DNA of 40,682 nt, from positions 1 to 40,682 of the forward strand of contig CAVCYJ010000001.1 in assembly GCA_963605995.1 (NCBI GenBank), read 5' to 3'. The DNA is from Holdemanella biformis (GTDB taxonomy: Bacteria > Bacillota > Clostridia > Lachnospirales > Lachnospiraceae). Under the pieces are notes generated by a model, which ran no database searches, was not told the origin of the DNA, and was given only the letters and a program-made list of their open reading frames with translations. This document shows positions 1 through 9,780 of this stretch, one piece after another. Position 1 is the first letter of the stretch, and the number at the start of each line of letters is the position of its first letter. The translations under genes were made by a program, and so were the position numbers.

Positions 1-131
1 CAGATTTCACAGCATTTAACGCTGTATATGAGAAATACTTCACAAGCAAACCGGCTCGTTCCTGTGTTGCTGTAAAACAGCTTCCAAAGAACGTACTCTG
101 CGAAGTAGAGGCTATCGCGGTAGCTGAATAA
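1..131 (+). CDS. RidA/YjgF/UK114 family enamine-imine deaminase, 3' end only (partial)
   Basis: Frame from nt 3 reads [42 protein letters not shown], the typical RidA C-terminus (N-x-x-Y, PAR, LP, E-x-E-A). Not in the ORF track because it is truncated by the window edge. Confidence 0.9.
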   Translation, partial: DFTAFNAVYEKYFTSKPARSCVAVKQLPKNVLCEVEAIAVAE

Positions 132-184
132 TCCGGCCTCCGTTTTTGGGATTTTCTCAAAGACGGGTATCAACAAATTGTTAC

Positions 185-230
185 AAGTGCATTGCCATTT
201 TACTGATGGATGGCAATGCACTTTTTTGTT
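185..230 (+). terminator. Intrinsic terminator after the RidA gene
   Basis: Perfect 14-bp stem aagtgcattgccat (185-198) / atggcaatgcactt (210-223) followed by a T run. Confidence 0.85.
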
Positions 231-418
231 ATTCTAAAAAGCAGAGCACAGCAATGATTGCTGATGCAATCCAGATATCTGATATCAGAGATAAATCGTA
301 ACTATTCCGGCAGATCAGCCCCTTTTTGGGGAAAGGGTCTGTCTTTTTGAAGTTATAATACAGGAAAGAATCCTGCCGCCGGCAGGTCTTTATATACATG
401 AGAGGAGAGATTTTTATT

Positions 419-1699
419 ATGAACAAACTGAAAAGATACCTTTTATTCCTGGTGGGACTGTTTATCAACTCCCTGGGAGTCAGTCTTGTGACCAAGGCAA
501 GTCTTGGTACGTCACCGATTTCATCCATTCCCTATGTACTGAGCCTGAATTTTCCGTTTACACTGGGAAATTTCACGATCATCTTCAGCTTATTGCTGAT
601 CGCACTGCAGATTCTCATTTTGAGAAAGAACTTTAAGATAGAGAATATTCTCCAGATACCGGTATCCATTGCATTTGGATACTTCATTGACCTTACCATG
701 TATCTGTTTATCTGGGTGAATCCTCAGAACTACTTTATGAAAGTAATTGCCCTGCTTCTGGGATGTCTGGTACTGGGCTTTGGTGTCTATATCGAAGTAG
801 TGGCAGATGTTGTCATGCTCCCCGGTGAATCCTTTGTCCGCGCGATTGTCCAGACCTGGCATACAAATTTCGGAACAACGAAGATCATCTTTGATTCTTC
901 TATGACCATTATTGCCGGTGTCCTTTCTTTTGTTTTTTCCGGCAGATTAAACGGTGTGCGTGAAGGTACTGTCATTGCGGCCCTGTTAGTTGGCTTTATC
1001 GCAAGACTGTTCGGAAAGAAACTGGAATTCATAAAACCATACCTGTTCCCGGAAGAATACCAGGCAGAAGAGCAGACTTCCGGCAGATCCAAAGCAGAAG
1101 AAAACACTGTACATAAGAATGTGATCGTGATCGGCAGACAGTATGGATGCGGCGGACATGATGTCGGAAAAGCACTGGCTGAAAAATTTGGATATGAATT
1201 TTACGATCAGGAAATCATCAAAATGATCGCCGGAACTACCGGAATGACCTCCGAATTTATCCGCCGCAAAGAGGAGACTATGACCAACAGTCTGTTATAT
1301 GATTTCGTAAATCAGATGTATTTATACGGAAACAGGGAAGAAGAGGCTCCAAAGGATAAGATCTTCGAAGCAGAATCAAATGTTATCAGAGATCTTGCCA
1401 AAAAAGGAAACTGTATCATCATCGGAAGATGCTCTGATTATATTCTGCGCGAAAATAAGAATGTGCTGAAAATATTCTTAAGCGCACCACTGGAAACACG
1501 TATCAGACGTATTATGCAGAAATCCAGCGTAGCCGCAAAGGAAGCTGAGCAGCAGATCCGCAGGGAAGATAAACGCCGCTCGGACAATTACCGTTATTAT
1601 ACCGGCCGTATATGGGGAATATCCTCCAGCTTTGACCTTGCATTCAATACAGAGCTGGGTGTGGAATATATTGAGGAGTGTATAAAGAAAGCCTTATAA
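419..1699 (+). CDS. YczE/YyaS/YitT-like membrane domain fused to a C-terminal cytidylate-kinase-like domain
   Basis: N-terminal ~210 aa hydrophobic with LGTSPISS and GVREGT motifs. C-terminal half has VIVIGRQYGCGG..YDQEII..CIIIGRCSDYIL..DKRR..YRYYTG. Start moved to ATG 419 behind GAGGAG. Confidence 0.85.
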   Translation: MNKLKRYLLFLVGLFINSLGVSLVTKASLGTSPISSIPYVLSLNFPFTLGNFTIIFSLLLIALQILILRKNFKIENILQIPVSIAFGYFIDLTMYLFIWVNPQNYFMKVIALLLGCLVLGFGVYIEVVADVVMLPGESFVRAIVQTWHTNFGTTKIIFDSSMTIIAGVLSFVFSGRLNGVREGTVIAALLVGFIARLFGKKLEFIKPYLFPEEYQAEEQTSGRSKAEENTVHKNVIVIGRQYGCGGHDVGKALAEKFGYEFYDQEIIKMIAGTTGMTSEFIRRKEETMTNSLLYDFVNQMYLYGNREEEAPKDKIFEAESNVIRDLAKKGNCIIIGRCSDYILRENKNVLKIFLSAPLETRIRRIMQKSSVAAKEAEQQIRREDKRRSDNYRYYTGRIWGISSSFDLAFNTELGVEYIEECIKKAL

Positions 1700-1808
1700 G
1701 TATGGGCGGGGACTTGTTATTCTTCCTGAAACAGCGTATACTGAAGTCATTATAACTGAGCAGGGGACTTACCTGATTCGGGTCAATGCCAAAGGAGTTT
1801 ACATTTAC

Positions 1809-2681
1809 ATGGATACCAGAGACATCCGCTGTTTCCGTCTTGTTTACGAAGAACGCAGCATCAACAAAGCAGCACATCAGATTTTCATTACCCCTCAGGG
1901 ATTAAGCCGTATTATCGTGAAATTGGAGAATGAACTCCAGACTCAGCTTTTTGTGCGCACCGCAAATGGAACGATCCCCACAGAAAGCGGTCACTATTTC
2001 TACACCCGGAGTCAGGAACTCCTGTACCATTTAGAAGATCTGAAGCAGAAAATGCAGCAGCTGAACCATCGCCAGCGTACCATCCGTATAGGCTTTGCCT
2101 GCGGTTCGCTGAATGTACTGCCGCTTGAGCAGATTTCTCATCTGACAGATTATTTTCCTGAACTGCGGCTGCAGTGGGATGAACTGGAAAACCAGGAAGT
2201 GACGGAGAAGCTTCTTGACGGTACTCTGGATGCAGGATTTATGATCGGTGCCTGTTCCCATACGGAACTGATTTCCACGACCATATATACCGGAAAAATG
2301 AATGCGCTGATCTATCCGGGACATCCCTATTATGACAGGGATGTCCTCAGTATCAGAGATCTGCAGGATCAGCCGCTGATCTCCATGAACCAGAAATATT
2401 CCAGCTACCATAACCTCATACAGAGGTGCAGCGATTTCGGATTTACGCCGAATATCGTGATCAGTACTATGGAAAACCAGCTGATCTATCGGTTCTGCCA
2501 GGAGAAGGCCGGGATCGGGATCGATGCGGATATCCATTCAGAGGAAGAGCTGCCGGCAGGAATCCACAGGATAAATCTTCATGATGCGATCCCGTGGAAA
2601 ATCTCTATGGTCTGCCATAAGAATAATGCTGACGATAAAATTATTTCCCGGCTGCAGGAGATCTGTACGGAGCAGGGCTGA
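1809..2681 (+). CDS. LysR-family transcriptional regulator
   Basis: N-terminal HTH SINKAAHQIFITPQGLSRIIVKLENEL..LFVR..PTESG; 290 aa; RBS AAGGAG. Confidence 0.93.
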   Translation: MDTRDIRCFRLVYEERSINKAAHQIFITPQGLSRIIVKLENELQTQLFVRTANGTIPTESGHYFYTRSQELLYHLEDLKQKMQQLNHRQRTIRIGFACGSLNVLPLEQISHLTDYFPELRLQWDELENQEVTEKLLDGTLDAGFMIGACSHTELISTTIYTGKMNALIYPGHPYYDRDVLSIRDLQDQPLISMNQKYSSYHNLIQRCSDFGFTPNIVISTMENQLIYRFCQEKAGIGIDADIHSEEELPAGIHRINLHDAIPWKISMVCHKNNADDKIISRLQEICTEQG

Positions 2682-2689
2682 TGTTGCTG

Positions 2690-2713
2690 TTTGCCGGGGA
2701 TATCCCCGGCAAA
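2690..2713. terminator. Bidirectional terminator between convergent genes
   Basis: Perfect 24-bp palindrome tttgccggggatatccccggcaaa between the stop codons at 2681 (+) and 2719 (-). Confidence 0.8.
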
Positions 2714-2718
2714 AGGTT

Positions 2719-3306
2719 CTACAGTGCCAGCTTGATCATTTCCACGATCTTATCCTGACTGAATTTACTGCTGTCAAATGCCAGATGATACTGGCTGATG
2801 TCCTTCCATTTTCTGTCAGTGAAGTATTCATAATAAGTACGGCGTTCTTTATCTACTTTCTTAACCATCTTCTGAGCACTCTTTTCTTCACGTCCTGTCC
2901 GTTCGATAACAGTCTGTACGCGATAATCGAACGGTGCATGGATAAATACGCTCAGACATTTATTGTCAAGGATATAATTTGCACATCTTCCGACGATCAC
3001 ACAGTCTTCCTTTTCGGCAGCTTCCAGAATGATCTTACGCTGGAGATCAAAGAGTACATCATTCATGGGGACAAAATGAAATTCACTGTCCATCTGAAGT
3101 TCGTGGTCGATCGGGAAATGCCAGTTGCTGCCCCGTTTCTCATCAACTTTGGCAAGCAGGTCAAAAGGAATATTCTCTTTCTGAGCTGCAATGTCGATCA
3201 GTTCTTTGTCGTAAAAAGCAAATCCAAGCTCTTCTGCCAGCGTTTTGCCGATCAGACGGCCATTACTGCCGAGCATTCTGTTTATTGTAATCACACGTTT
3301 ACTCAT
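2719..3306 (-). CDS. Stand-alone cytidylate-kinase-like family protein
   Basis: VITINRMLGSNG..LAEELG..YDKELI..CVIVGRCANYIL..DKERRTYYEYFT; RBS AAGGAGG on the minus strand. Confidence 0.88.
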   Translation of the reverse strand: MSKRVITINRMLGSNGRLIGKTLAEELGFAFYDKELIDIAAQKENIPFDLLAKVDEKRGSNWHFPIDHELQMDSEFHFVPMNDVLFDLQRKIILEAAEKEDCVIVGRCANYILDNKCLSVFIHAPFDYRVQTVIERTGREEKSAQKMVKKVDKERRTYYEYFTDRKWKDISQYHLAFDSSKFSQDKIVEMIKLAL

Positions 3307-3516
3307 AACCCAATCCTCCTTTATTCTCTGACAGACTTTGTTTCCTTATCCGTACATGCACAAAAAACAGATGTCAGTGCCTGTAAGAATCTTTGATTTG
3401 TGAATATTATAACACTAATGTCAGAAAAAATCCAGTAAAATACATAAAAAAACAATAATAATGTGAAATAAATTATATATAATACACAAAACATGTTGAT
3501 AAAAGCTCTTTGGCCA

Positions 3517-3603
3517 TTCACAGTGATTTCACATCCTGAACACAACTTTTTCACTCTGATTTCACATTCATCTCAAGATTTGCACACAATTTCTCTGTAT
3601 GAT
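3517..3603 (+). promoter_or_regulatory. Array of seven 11-bp units (TTCACA-like core) followed by a -10 box, upstream of the ABC exporter
   Basis: ttcacagtgat|ttcacatcctg|aacacaacttt|ttcactctgat|ttcacattcat|ctcaagatttg|cacacaatttc (3517-3593), then TATGAT at 3598-3603. Confidence 0.65.
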
Positions 3604-3713
3604 TTTACCAAGGAAGTTCCAGGTGGCAGTCAGAGGTGCGGAAAATCGACCGCAAAGGTGAATGCAGAAGAAACTCCGAGAGTACATTAATAAAAAACGG
3701 AGGGAAAAAAGAG

Positions 3714-6341
3714 ATGTCTGAGAGTAAGGTGATACCCGGGAAACGAAAGGGCAGGAAGAAGAAAGTGATCGCAGGTTCGCTTGTGGTCGTACTGGCGGCA
3801 GGAGGAATCGGCGGTGCTTTTTATTATAAACAGAATTCCCGGCACAGGATGCCGGAAGAGACGAAACAGGCACAGTCGGCAACGGCAGAGCTGGGAAGTA
3901 TTTCCAATACCATTGTAGGAACAGGAAATCTGGCACTGGCAGATGCACAGTCCCAGAAAATCCCGTCAGGAATTGAGATAGAGGAAGTTATGGTAGAGTC
4001 CGGAGATCAGGTGACAAAGGGTGAGACTATTGCAACAGTCAGCAAGGCATCCGTTCTGAAGGCGGTGGAAGAAACCCAGGAAGAAATTTCAGATCTGGAT
4101 GAAGAAATCAGTGACTGCCAGGATGACACAGATACGGAGAAGATCAAAGCTTCTGTAGATGGAAGGGTTAAGCTGATCTATGCGGCGGCAGGAGATGATG
4201 TCACAGATGTGATGCTTGAGAACGGTGCCATGATCGTACTTTCTCTTGACGGAAAGATGGCAGTGGATATTAAAGCCGCAGGTCTGGCGGAGAAAGATAC
4301 GGTAACAGTAACTCTGTCTTCCGGTACTCAGGTAACAGGAACGGTAGCGGCGGTGTCCGGTTCCACCTGTACAGTCACAGTGACAGATAACGGAACGGTA
4401 TATGATGATGAGGTAACTGTCACGGACAGCGATGGAAAAGAGCTTGGAACAGGCAGTCTCTATATTCATGAGCCGTTGGAGGTCACAGGCACGGCGGGTA
4501 CCGTCAGCGCAGTGAATGTCAGCGAGAACGCGAGTGTTACCTCGGGAACGACCCTGCTCACTCTGACAAACAGTGAAAGTGAAACAAAATATGAGCAGCT
4601 TCTGGCTCAGAGAGAGGCATATTCAGCAACCCTGAAGAAGCTGCTCCAACTCTCGAAGGATCAGAAGATCACAGCCGACATCAGCGGAACGGTTCAGAGC
4701 GTAAATGTATCGGCAGGTTCCTCTGACAGTTCTTCCTCCGGCAGTTCCTCCGGCGGCTCGGGCTCCGTGAATGCATCGAAAATGTCCTATACGGCTTCAG
4801 GTACTTCCAAAGGAAAGACAGCTGCTTCTGCCACTTATATGACTTCAGATAGCCAGTCAGGGATCATAAGACTGTCTTCGACAACGCAGCTTTCTTCCAT
4901 GGGCGGTTATCAGGTCATCCGCACCGAAGCTGTACAGGAAGCTGAAGAACAGGCACAGACAGATGCAGCCGGAAGCGAATCATCAGAGGAGAAAGCGGTG
5001 GAAGCATTTACATCAGAGGATGGAGATGAAATCACTGATACTCCACAGGATAATCAGGATAATACAGAGTCACAGGTTCTTTCCCTGAGTATTACAACAG
5101 CAGGTGAGAGCACATCAGGAACTCTGGTGATCGCGGCTCCGGTTACGGGTGCGGCTCCGACAGGCGAGATCGCGGCGGCAGATGGCTCCTGGACAGGAAC
5201 CGTAAGCTGGAATCCGGGAGACGAGAGCTTCAAAGCGGGTACGGTTTATCAGTCAGCGGTAACACTGTATGCAGGCGAAGGATATCAGTTTGCAGAAAAC
5301 AGTATCGCAGCCATTGATACGGGAGTTGTTTCAGGAGTCAGCGTTTCCTCTGATGGAAGTTCCGTTTCCTTTACGATCACTTATCCTCAGACAGCGGGAA
5401 ACTCTGAGCCGGATAAGGATTCGGGAAAGGATTCCGGCAGTGATTCCGATAACAGTAAGAGTGATAAGGATAACGGAAGCTCAGATGGTTCCGCGGGAGA
5501 TGACAAGTCAGGAAGCGCAGGCGATTCAGGAGATGCCCAGGGCAGCGGAAACGCAGGCGGAGACGGAGCATCCGGGGGAACTTCGGGCACCGGTTCGGGA
5601 GGCACTGCTGCGTCAGGCGGCACACAGACAGGCACAGCATCCGATACCTCTGCCTCATCATCCTCCGCAGACAGCACCTCATCCTCTTACAGCACAGATG
5701 TAGAAGCCTTTACCATTTCCCCTGATGAAAACATGCTCCTTTCCGTCAGCGTAGATGAACTGGATATCAATTCCGTGGAACTTGGACAGGAAGCAACCGT
5801 GGAACTGGATGCGATTGAAGATGAAACGTTCACCGGTGAGGTGACTGCCATCGGAAATACCGCATCAGCCAGCGGCGGTGTGGCGAAATACACAGTCAGC
5901 CTTTCAATTGCAAAGGATGACCGTATGAAACAGGGCATGAATGCATCTGCAACCATCACGATCGACAGCCGTGAGAATGTAGTCACGATCCCGGTAAATG
6001 CACTCCAGGAGGAGGGCAGTAAGGTCTTTGTCTACACAGAACAGGACAGCGAGGGAAATCTTTCCGGAGAGAAAGAGGTTACCACCGGGCTTTCCAACGG
6101 AACAACCGTAGAGATCACGGACGGTCTGGAAGAAGGGGAAACTGTTTACTATAACAAGACGGGAAATACTGACAGCTCCGGTTCTGCCGGATTCTCCGGC
6201 GGCGACGGAGGCCCCGGCGGTCAGGGCGGTGATATGCCCGGCGGTGACGGAGGCAATGGAGGCCCCGGCGGAGATGGCGGCGGAAACGGCGGTGGAAATG
6301 GTGGTCAGGGCGGTGGCCCTGGCGGAATGCCGAATATGTAA
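3714..6341 (+). CDS. Very large membrane-fusion/adaptor protein (HlyD/MacA/YknX-like) of an ABC exporter
   Basis: N-terminal TM; lipoyl half-motifs ([32 protein letters not shown]); beta-barrel [50 protein letters not shown]; Gly-rich tail. Start ATG 3714 behind GGAGG. Confidence 0.85.
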   Translation: MSESKVIPGKRKGRKKKVIAGSLVVVLAAGGIGGAFYYKQNSRHRMPEETKQAQSATAELGSISNTIVGTGNLALADAQSQKIPSGIEIEEVMVESGDQVTKGETIATVSKASVLKAVEETQEEISDLDEEISDCQDDTDTEKIKASVDGRVKLIYAAAGDDVTDVMLENGAMIVLSLDGKMAVDIKAAGLAEKDTVTVTLSSGTQVTGTVAAVSGSTCTVTVTDNGTVYDDEVTVTDSDGKELGTGSLYIHEPLEVTGTAGTVSAVNVSENASVTSGTTLLTLTNSESETKYEQLLAQREAYSATLKKLLQLSKDQKITADISGTVQSVNVSAGSSDSSSSGSSSGGSGSVNASKMSYTASGTSKGKTAASATYMTSDSQSGIIRLSSTTQLSSMGGYQVIRTEAVQEAEEQAQTDAAGSESSEEKAVEAFTSEDGDEITDTPQDNQDNTESQVLSLSITTAGESTSGTLVIAAPVTGAAPTGEIAAADGSWTGTVSWNPGDESFKAGTVYQSAVTLYAGEGYQFAENSIAAIDTGVVSGVSVSSDGSSVSFTITYPQTAGNSEPDKDSGKDSGSDSDNSKSDKDNGSSDGSAGDDKSGSAGDSGDAQGSGNAGGDGASGGTSGTGSGGTAASGGTQTGTASDTSASSSSADSTSSSYSTDVEAFTISPDENMLLSVSVDELDINSVELGQEATVELDAIEDETFTGEVTAIGNTASASGGVAKYTVSLSIAKDDRMKQGMNASATITIDSRENVVTIPVNALQEEGSKVFVYTEQDSEGNLSGEKEVTTGLSNGTTVEITDGLEEGETVYYNKTGNTDSSGSAGFSGGDGGPGGQGGDMPGGDGGNGGPGGDGGGNGGGNGGQGGGPGGMPNM

Positions 6342-6354
6342 AGGCGGTGATGGT

Positions 6355-7026
6355 ATGATTACACTAAAAGACGTATCCAAAACCTATTACATCGGCGAAG
6401 AAGTCGTGCATGCCCTGGATCACGCAAATATGGAGATCAATGAGGGAGAGTTTGTCAGCATCATCGGTCCCTCCGGAAGCGGAAAATCTACCATGATGAA
6501 TATCATCGGCTGCCTGGATACCGCAGATGAGGGAGAATATATCCTGGACGGGATTTCCATTGAACAGTATACGGAGACAGAGCTTGCCAGGATCCGAAAT
6601 CACAAGATCGGTTTTATTTTCCAGAATTTCAACCTGCTTCCGAAGCTGACAGCGGAAGAAAACGTAGAGCTTCCGCTGATCTATCAGGGAATCAGCCACG
6701 GTGAACGAAAGAGGCGGGTAAAGGAAGCACTGGAACGTGTGGAGCTGGCGCACAGGATGAAGCATAAGCCAACCGAACTCTCCGGCGGCCAGCAGCAGAG
6801 GGTTGCCATTGCCAGGGCACTGGTCACAAAGCCTTCGCTGTTTCTGGCAGATGAACCGACAGGAAATCTGGACAGCAAGACGAGCAGGGAAATCATGTGC
6901 CTGTTCCATGAGCTTCACAAGGCAGGCAATACGATCGTGCTTATCACACATGACAATGGTGTGGCAGATGAGGCAGAGCGCAAGATACATATCAAAGACG
7001 GCAGGGTAAGTGAGGTGAGCATATGA
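6355..7026 (+). CDS. ABC transporter ATP-binding protein (LolD/MacB-type)
   Basis: Walker A GPSGSGKS, signature [15 protein letters not shown], Walker [15 protein letters not shown]. Start trimmed to ATG 6355. Confidence 0.95.
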   Translation: MITLKDVSKTYYIGEEVVHALDHANMEINEGEFVSIIGPSGSGKSTMMNIIGCLDTADEGEYILDGISIEQYTETELARIRNHKIGFIFQNFNLLPKLTAEENVELPLIYQGISHGERKRRVKEALERVELAHRMKHKPTELSGGQQQRVAIARALVTKPSLFLADEPTGNLDSKTSREIMCLFHELHKAGNTIVLITHDNGVADEAERKIHIKDGRVSEVSI

Positions 7027-8267
7027 TCTTTCAGTCAGTAAAAATGGCATGGAATGCGGTCACTGCGAACAAGATGCGTACATTTCTTACCATGCTGGGG
7101 ATTATCATCGGTGTGGCATCCCTGATCGTGCTGGTTTCCATTGCAAACGGAGCAACCAGCTCTGTGACGGATGAGATCTCCGACATGGGTTCCAGCTACT
7201 TGACCGTAACGATTTCTGATGATAAGGAGAATCCGCTTCGGTGGAAGGAACTGAACGATTTCACGGAATCGGAGGAAGTGGCGGCAGTTGCACCTGTCTC
7301 TTATACCAGTGTGACCGCCAAAAGCGGCTACACCAGCGGAACCATGATGCTCACCGGAACAAACGGAAGCTATGCGGATATTCAGGGGCTGGAGCTTTCC
7401 TGCGGCAGATTTCTGAAGAATACAGACCTTGAGAATAATTCCTATGTCGTAGTCATCACTGCTGATACGGCTACGGAGCTTCTGGGAAGAACGGATGTGG
7501 AAGGGGAGAGCATTTCACTGGATGGACGTAAATTTCTGGTGATCGGGGTACTGGATGATGACAGTACCTCCTCTCTGACAGGTGCCTCCTCCATGTTCTC
7601 GGCTTCGTCTTCTTCGGATGATGATTCGGACAGCTCATCGGGCTCAACGGTTTCTCTGGAGGGATATATTCCGTATTCAACGATGACAAGAATCGCGGAC
7701 AATGTGCTGGATGTAGACCAGTTCTATGCTTCCGCGTCCAGGGAGGATACTCTGGATTATGCAAAGGCGGCTCTGACACAGGAACTCCTGGACCGCTTTG
7801 AGAAAGACGAAGATGCATTTACGGTGACGGATCAGTCAGAAATCATGGAAGCCATGGAAAACGTAACCAGTACCCTGTCTCTGATGATCGGCGGCATTGC
7901 GGCGATCTCTCTGCTGGTAGGCGGTATCGGGATCATGAATATCATGCTGGTATCCGTGACAGAGAGAACCAGGGAAATCGGAATCCGTAAAGCGATCGGA
8001 GCAGGCAGGGGCACGATCATGCTGCAGTTTCTGATTGAGGCTCTGATTGTAAGCATGATGGGATGCGTCATCGGTATCGGCGTATCCTGGGTGGCACTGC
8101 AGATCGCGGGAAAGGTCATGCAGGGTTCCATGAATCTTACCATGGATACAAAGGTTGTCTGGATCTCTGTAATATTCTCGGGAGTCATCGGAATCGTCTT
8201 CGGTCTGTATCCTGCCAACAAAGCGGCACGCAAGAAGCCGATCGAAGCATTGCGCTATTCCGGCTGA
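7023..8267 (+). CDS. ABC transporter permease (MacB/FtsX family)
   Basis: [51 protein letters not shown] overlap with the ATPase gene. Confidence 0.95.
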   Translation: MIFQSVKMAWNAVTANKMRTFLTMLGIIIGVASLIVLVSIANGATSSVTDEISDMGSSYLTVTISDDKENPLRWKELNDFTESEEVAAVAPVSYTSVTAKSGYTSGTMMLTGTNGSYADIQGLELSCGRFLKNTDLENNSYVVVITADTATELLGRTDVEGESISLDGRKFLVIGVLDDDSTSSLTGASSMFSASSSSDDDSDSSSGSTVSLEGYIPYSTMTRIADNVLDVDQFYASASREDTLDYAKAALTQELLDRFEKDEDAFTVTDQSEIMEAMENVTSTLSLMIGGIAAISLLVGGIGIMNIMLVSVTERTREIGIRKAIGAGRGTIMLQFLIEALIVSMMGCVIGIGVSWVALQIAGKVMQGSMNLTMDTKVVWISVIFSGVIGIVFGLYPANKAARKKPIEALRYSG

Positions 8268-8328
8268 TACGGCCAGCCGGCGGATAACATCATCTGCTTC
8301 GCTGCACAGCTTTTGCGCCGGGCATGAT

Positions 8329-8376
8329 ATGAGGGTAAAAAGGTCAAAATCCCGGGCCTTTTTACCCTCATTTTCT
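8329..8376 (+). terminator. Intrinsic terminator of the ABC operon
   Basis: Perfect 15-bp stem atgagggtaaaaagg / cctttttaccctcat followed by T-rich sequence. Confidence 0.85.
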
Positions 8377-8506
8377 GTTTAGTTGTTAAGATTATAGTTG
8401 GTCAGATGAAGGCATTTATAGATTTTTTCTCCGGGCTATGCTATAATTAGCTGTCTGACAGATACAGACGGATATGTTACAAAAGTATAAAAGAAAGGGA
8501 TACGTG

Positions 8507-9325
8507 ATGCTGAAAATCAAAAACTACGTGAAGGTAAACAGCGTGGCGGAAGCCTATGAGCTGAATCAGAAGAAGACAGCCCGTGTTCTGGGCGGAATGG
8601 TCTGGATGAAAATGAGCAACAGAGCAGTATCCACAGCAATCGATCTGTCCGGACTGGGACTGGATGCGATTTCAGAGAATGATACCGAATTCGTGATCGG
8701 ATGTATGACACCGCTTCGCGATCTGGAGACCAGCGAAGCACTGAATATTTATACACATGGAGCCATGAGAGAGAGTCTCTGCCACATTGTGGGGGTACAG
8801 TTTCGAAACTGTGCCACAGTGGGAGGAAGCATTTATGGAAGATACGGTTTCTCGGATGTCCTGACCATGTTTCTGGGAATGGATACATGGGTAGAAATGT
8901 ATGCGGCAGGCCGTATTCCGCTGACTGAATTTGTGAATATGAAGAAGGACAATGACATCCTTGTGAATATTATCGTACGTAAAGAGCCACTCCTTACCTG
9001 TTATTTAAGTCAGAGAAATACGAAAACTGATTTTCCGGTACTTACCTGCACAGCTTCCGTGATCGGGAATGAGGCAAGAACGGTTATTGGTGCCAGACCT
9101 GCCCGGGCCATGGTCGTAGAGGACAGGGAGCAGATCCTTAAGGATTTCCGGAGCATGACGAAAACGGAGAAGGCAGAAGCGATTGAGAAATTTGCCGGAT
9201 ACGCGGCTGAGAATGTTCCGACTGCCGGAAACATGCGGGGTTCAAAGGAATACAGGACTCTTCTTGTAAAGATACTGACAAGAAGAGCCTGGGAAGCAGT
9301 AGGAGGGATGAAGAATGAATATTAA
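8507..9325 (+). CDS. Molybdenum hydroxylase (xanthine dehydrogenase family) FAD-binding subunit
   Basis: VLGGM..IDLSGLGL..QFRNCATVGGS..SD..RGSKEYR. Extended -10 TGCTATAAT upstream at about 8439-8447. The start could instead be GTG 8504. Confidence 0.88.
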   Translation: MLKIKNYVKVNSVAEAYELNQKKTARVLGGMVWMKMSNRAVSTAIDLSGLGLDAISENDTEFVIGCMTPLRDLETSEALNIYTHGAMRESLCHIVGVQFRNCATVGGSIYGRYGFSDVLTMFLGMDTWVEMYAAGRIPLTEFVNMKKDNDILVNIIVRKEPLLTCYLSQRNTKTDFPVLTCTASVIGNEARTVIGARPARAMVVEDREQILKDFRSMTKTEKAEAIEKFAGYAAENVPTAGNMRGSKEYRTLLVKILTRRAWEAVGGMKNEY

Positions 9326-9779
9326 TTTCTGGCTAAACGGAGTAAACCGCAATGCAGAGATCCAGCCGGATACCCTTCTGATCGATTTTCTGAGGGCACG
9401 GGGATGCTTCAGCGTGAAGAGAGGATGTGAAACTGCAAACTGCGGTCTTTGTACGGTTCTTATGGATGGCCGTCCGGTACTTTCCTGCAGTACCCTTGCT
9501 GTCCGTATTTCGGGAAAAAAGATCGTTACCCTGGAAGGGATGCAGAGAGAGGCGCAGGAGTTTGGAAGCTTTCTGGCCAATGAGGGTGCAGAGCAGTGCG
9601 GCTTCTGCAATCCGGGTTTTATCATGAACGTGTTTGCAATGCTGGCTGAGATCAAGGAGCCGACAGAGGAGCAGATCAGGGAGTATCTGGCTGGAAATCT
9701 GTGCAGATGCTCCGGCTTCGTTTCCCAGACAGAAAGTATCCTGAAATTCCTTAAATATAAGAAAGCACAGGAGGAATAA
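9315..9779 (+). CDS. Molybdenum hydroxylase [2Fe-2S] subunit
   Basis: KRGCETANCGLCTV..SC and QCGFCNPG..NLCRCSG cysteine motifs. Confidence 0.95.
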   Translation: MNINFWLNGVNRNAEIQPDTLLIDFLRARGCFSVKRGCETANCGLCTVLMDGRPVLSCSTLAVRISGKKIVTLEGMQREAQEFGSFLANEGAEQCGFCNPGFIMNVFAMLAEIKEPTEEQIREYLAGNLCRCSGFVSQTESILKFLKYKKAQEE

Positions 9780-9780
9780 G

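Noticed and set aside
2581..3396. 271-aa + strand ORF
   Set aside because: Antisense shadow of the minus-strand kinase-like gene, which has an RBS and family motifs.
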